From contig JBHLRQ010000033.1 in assembly GCA_048882385.1 (NCBI GenBank), positions 1 to 28,903 of the forward strand: a DNA stretch of 28,903 nucleotides. Direction: 5' to 3'. This DNA comes from Candidatus Thorarchaeota archaeon. GTDB lineage: Archaea > Asgardarchaeota > Thorarchaeia > Thorarchaeales > Thorarchaeaceae. Under the pieces are notes generated by a model. That model made no database searches and was not told where the DNA came from. It saw only the letters and a program-made list of their open reading frames with translations. This document shows, in pieces, positions 26,444 to 28,903 of this stretch; position 1 is the first letter of the stretch; every line of letters begins with the position of its first letter. The position numbers and the translations under genes are program-made.

Positions 26444-27703
26444 ATGGTCAATGACTCACAAATCTCTGGTTTCTATAAGTTATCCAGAGAGGAACGGATG
26501 AAGAAGCTTCTCAATATAACTGGGATTTCAGAGGATGATTTGAAGCCATTGTTTGAACCGGGAACAGTTGACATGGGTGTACTCGACCACATGATTGAGA
26601 ATGTTGTTGGATCAATGACACTCCCTCTTGGAATTGCTACCAATTTTCAGATCAATGAAAAGAACTACCTAATTCCAATGGCAATTGAAGAACCATCAGT
26701 AGTTGCAGCAGCGAGTAATGCAGCTAGAATGGCCAGAGATCATGGCGGCTTCACAGCCACTGATACTGGACCAAACATGATTGGCCAAATACAGGTCGTA
26801 GATGTAATCCAACCAGAATCCGCTAAAGTAAAAATCATGGAGAAAAAGGACGAACTGCTTGCCTTCGCAAATGAGCAGGATCCAATCCTTGTTCGCTTTG
26901 GTGGAGGTGCCAAAGACATCCGAGTTCGCATTATTGATTCAAAGGTTGGTGTAATGCTGGTAACAGAGATTATAGTTGATACTCGTGATGCAATGGGAGC
27001 CAACGCAGTGAACACTATGGCAGAAGCCCTAGCACCGAGAATCGAGAAGATTACTGGCGGACGTGTAATTCTAAGGATTCTATCAAACCTTGCTGAATTT
27101 AGACTTGTTCGTGCTCATGCAACCTTTGACAAGGAAATGTTAGGAGGCGAGGAAGTGGTTAATGATATCATTGCAGCGTGGGCTTTTGCTGAAGCAGATC
27201 CCTATCGATGCTCCACACATAACAAGGGAATTATGAACGGAATTGATGCAGTTGTGATTGCCACAGGGAATGATTTCAGAGCAATCGAAGCAGGAGCGCA
27301 CAGCTTCGCAGCTATGAATGGATACAGCTCATTAACAAAATACGAAAAAACTCCTGAAGGTCATCTCTCGGGAAGCATTGAGATTCCTATGGCAGTTGGT
27401 CTTGTTGGAGGAGCAACAAAGGTTCACCCTGTTGCGAGAGCAAGTGTCAAAATACTTGGTGTTAAAACTGCAACGGAGTTAGGACATGTCATTGCAAGTG
27501 TTGGTCTCGCGCAGAATTTAGCTGCGCTTAGAGCTCTCGCATCTGAAGGAATTCAGAAAGGGCACATGGCTTTGCATGCTCGAAATGTCGCAGCGACTGC
27601 AGGAGCTCGCGGAGATCAAGTGGACATAGTTGCAGAACGCCTTGTGAAAGAAAAGAATGTCAAGGTTGAACGCGCAAAAGAGATTCTTGATGAGCTCAAG
27701 TAA
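26444..27703 (+). CDS. mvaA: Hydroxymethylglutaryl-CoA reductase, class II (bacterial/MvaA type)
   Basis: IENVVG, EEPSVVAA, DAMGAN..N, HNKGIMNG, GND.RA.EAG.H, EGIQKGHM.LH. Confidence 0.93.
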   Translation: MVNDSQISGFYKLSREERMKKLLNITGISEDDLKPLFEPGTVDMGVLDHMIENVVGSMTLPLGIATNFQINEKNYLIPMAIEEPSVVAAASNAARMARDHGGFTATDTGPNMIGQIQVVDVIQPESAKVKIMEKKDELLAFANEQDPILVRFGGGAKDIRVRIIDSKVGVMLVTEIIVDTRDAMGANAVNTMAEALAPRIEKITGGRVILRILSNLAEFRLVRAHATFDKEMLGGEEVVNDIIAAWAFAEADPYRCSTHNKGIMNGIDAVVIATGNDFRAIEAGAHSFAAMNGYSSLTKYEKTPEGHLSGSIEIPMAVGLVGGATKVHPVARASVKILGVKTATELGHVIASVGLAQNLAALRALASEGIQKGHMALHARNVAATAGARGDQVDIVAERLVKEKNVKVERAKEILDELK

Positions 27704-27710
27704 AAGAAGT

Positions 27711-27751
27711 GTGTCGGGAATAAACACTCCCGACACTTGGTTCAGATTTTT
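27711..27751 (+). terminator. Hairpin terminator after HMG-CoA reductase
   Basis: GTGTCGGGA/TCCCGACAC 9-bp stem (27711-27736) 7 nt after the stop, with T-rich sequence downstream. Confidence 0.65.
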
Positions 27752-28079
27752 AAATCTTAACAGTGATGGGTAGGGCCAGCTTTCCTATCTGCTCTCCAAA
27801 CTCATCCTCCACAGTTGAATACGAGCTTAGTTTCAAATTTCACCTTTGGTTAAAAGTTTCGTGGAACAAAATTACAAAATGTAATAGAATCTCCTTATTA
27901 TGAGCGAATAATGAAACAATTCGAGCTCAAAATTGAGTGGCTGCTATAGATGCTCTTTCGATAAATCGTTATTTCTACATCAGAGTAACATATTTGTGCA
28001 GCACAAGCACCCTAGAAATAACCTGAACCTGCTGAGAGAAGGTTCTGTGTGAACTTTTTCCAACGGAGTTGAGATAACA

Positions 28080-28811
28080 ATGGATGACGAATGTATACAG
28101 TGGGAACGCATAGCAGAAGAGTTCCTTGAAGCTGAGAAATACTATCAAGCTGCGAACCAATTCAAGAATGCAGCCAGTTGTTATCTTGACAGGGTACTGG
28201 AGATGACAAGAAAAGCTGCTGAATATTATCACATGTATGCAGAAGAGAGTGTAAGCAACGATGACCACAAATCAGCGGCAACTGCATATATGGAAGCTGC
28301 AACACAATACCGCCAAGTTAGTGATTTCTCTACTGCACTTACACTCTATGAGAACGCAGCCAAAGAGGCGCTTCTTGAGAGAATGACAGAAACAGCAGCA
28401 CAGGCCTATCTATGGGCAGCTTATTCATGTCACAAGACAGGGAATACTGAGTATTTCTTGACATGTGCAGAGAATATGGGAAATCTGTATGACAAAGCAG
28501 CAGACAAGGCTATAGACGATGGTAATGCTGAAAGAGCAGTAATCAATCTGTCACTCGCCGCAATGGGTTTTGCTACTATTGAAAAGATGAACAAGGCCAA
28601 TGAGCGAATTGACAAAGCAAAGAAGATAATTACAAAGACACGATGGGACTGGCTTCAAACCCTGCTTTCGTTCAGCGAAGCATTAGTCAAGAATGATCTC
28701 GATGATGCAGGTGACATGCTGAAGATATTCAAAGAAGAGGAAGCAATCGAAGAGGTTATGGGAGCCTGTTTGAGCATAAGAGTAGAGATTGAGAAGAAGA
28801 GGAGAAAATAG
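28080..28811 (+). CDS. All-helical TPR-like repeat protein resembling soluble NSF attachment proteins (SNAP)
   Basis: Periodic AAxxY/FxxAA helices (AANQFKNAASCY, HKSAATAYMEAATQY, TAAQAYLWAA, NLYDKAA). Confidence 0.7.
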   Translation: MDDECIQWERIAEEFLEAEKYYQAANQFKNAASCYLDRVLEMTRKAAEYYHMYAEESVSNDDHKSAATAYMEAATQYRQVSDFSTALTLYENAAKEALLERMTETAAQAYLWAAYSCHKTGNTEYFLTCAENMGNLYDKAADKAIDDGNAERAVINLSLAAMGFATIEKMNKANERIDKAKKIITKTRWDWLQTLLSFSEALVKNDLDDAGDMLKIFKEEEAIEEVMGACLSIRVEIEKKRRK

Positions 28812-28814
28812 GTT

Positions 28815-28901
28815 TCAGCCTACTCGGACCATTGAGGTTTTCACAACCTCTGTCCCAGATCGCCCGTCAACAGCTTTTATCGTAGCTAATTCTTCTCCCT
28901 G
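28815..28901 (-). CDS. 3' end of an unknown convergent CDS (truncated by window)
   Basis: Open frame from the window edge, QGEELATIKAVDGRSGTEVVKTSMVRVG*, with its stop 3 nt from the SNAP-like gene stop. Confidence 0.5.
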   Translation of the reverse strand, partial: QGEELATIKAVDGRSGTEVVKTSMVRVG

Positions 28902-28903
28902 AC

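Noticed and set aside
27750-27836. 28-aa minus-strand frame LKLSSYSTVEDEFGEQIGKLALPITVKI*
   Set aside because: Too short, with no recognisable homology; it could be a remnant but is unsupported.
174-28615. Numerous 60-154-aa ORFs overlapping longer genes (e.g. 174-551, 8878-9321, 17394-17852, 25232-25696)
   Set aside because: Antisense or alternate-frame shadows of genes with clear family motifs; no motifs of their own.
1-28903. CRISPR arrays, tRNA/rRNA, IS elements, integrases, selenoprotein TGA/SECIS
   Set aside because: No spaced direct repeats, cloverleaf signatures, transposase or integrase motifs, or TGA-interrupted conserved ORFs were seen by eye. tRNAscan and Infernal were not run.

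Overview
A gene-dense, roughly 40% GC archaeal chromosomal segment. It is most likely Asgard (Thorarchaeota-like). This is an inference from the archaeal-type GlyRS and PPAT, GAGGTG ribosome-binding sites and BRE/TATA promoters, a SNAP-like helical-repeat protein, and a decayed Rab/Ras-like GTPase. About 21 complete CDSs are present. Housekeeping and metabolic genes: glyS, coaD, class II HMG-CoA reductase, ferritin, an M28 peptidase, an ASKHA corrinoid activator, a USP, a GlcD/GlcF-like pair with SDR and cupin, and SplB-like and MGMT DNA-repair proteins. A surface module comprises a 2229-aa membrane-anchored W/Y/N-rich protein with three C-terminal Ig-like repeats, co-oriented with a 918-aa polytopic protein ending in a SpoIIM domain, next to a YbjN/CesT-fold protein. 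Reading the intergenic DNA revealed features missing from the ORF track: a pseudogenised Rab-like GTPase (23987-24139), a 53-aa Cys-rich microprotein (19851-20012), and two truncated CDSs at the window edges. No rRNA, tRNA, CRISPR array or mobile element was recognised.
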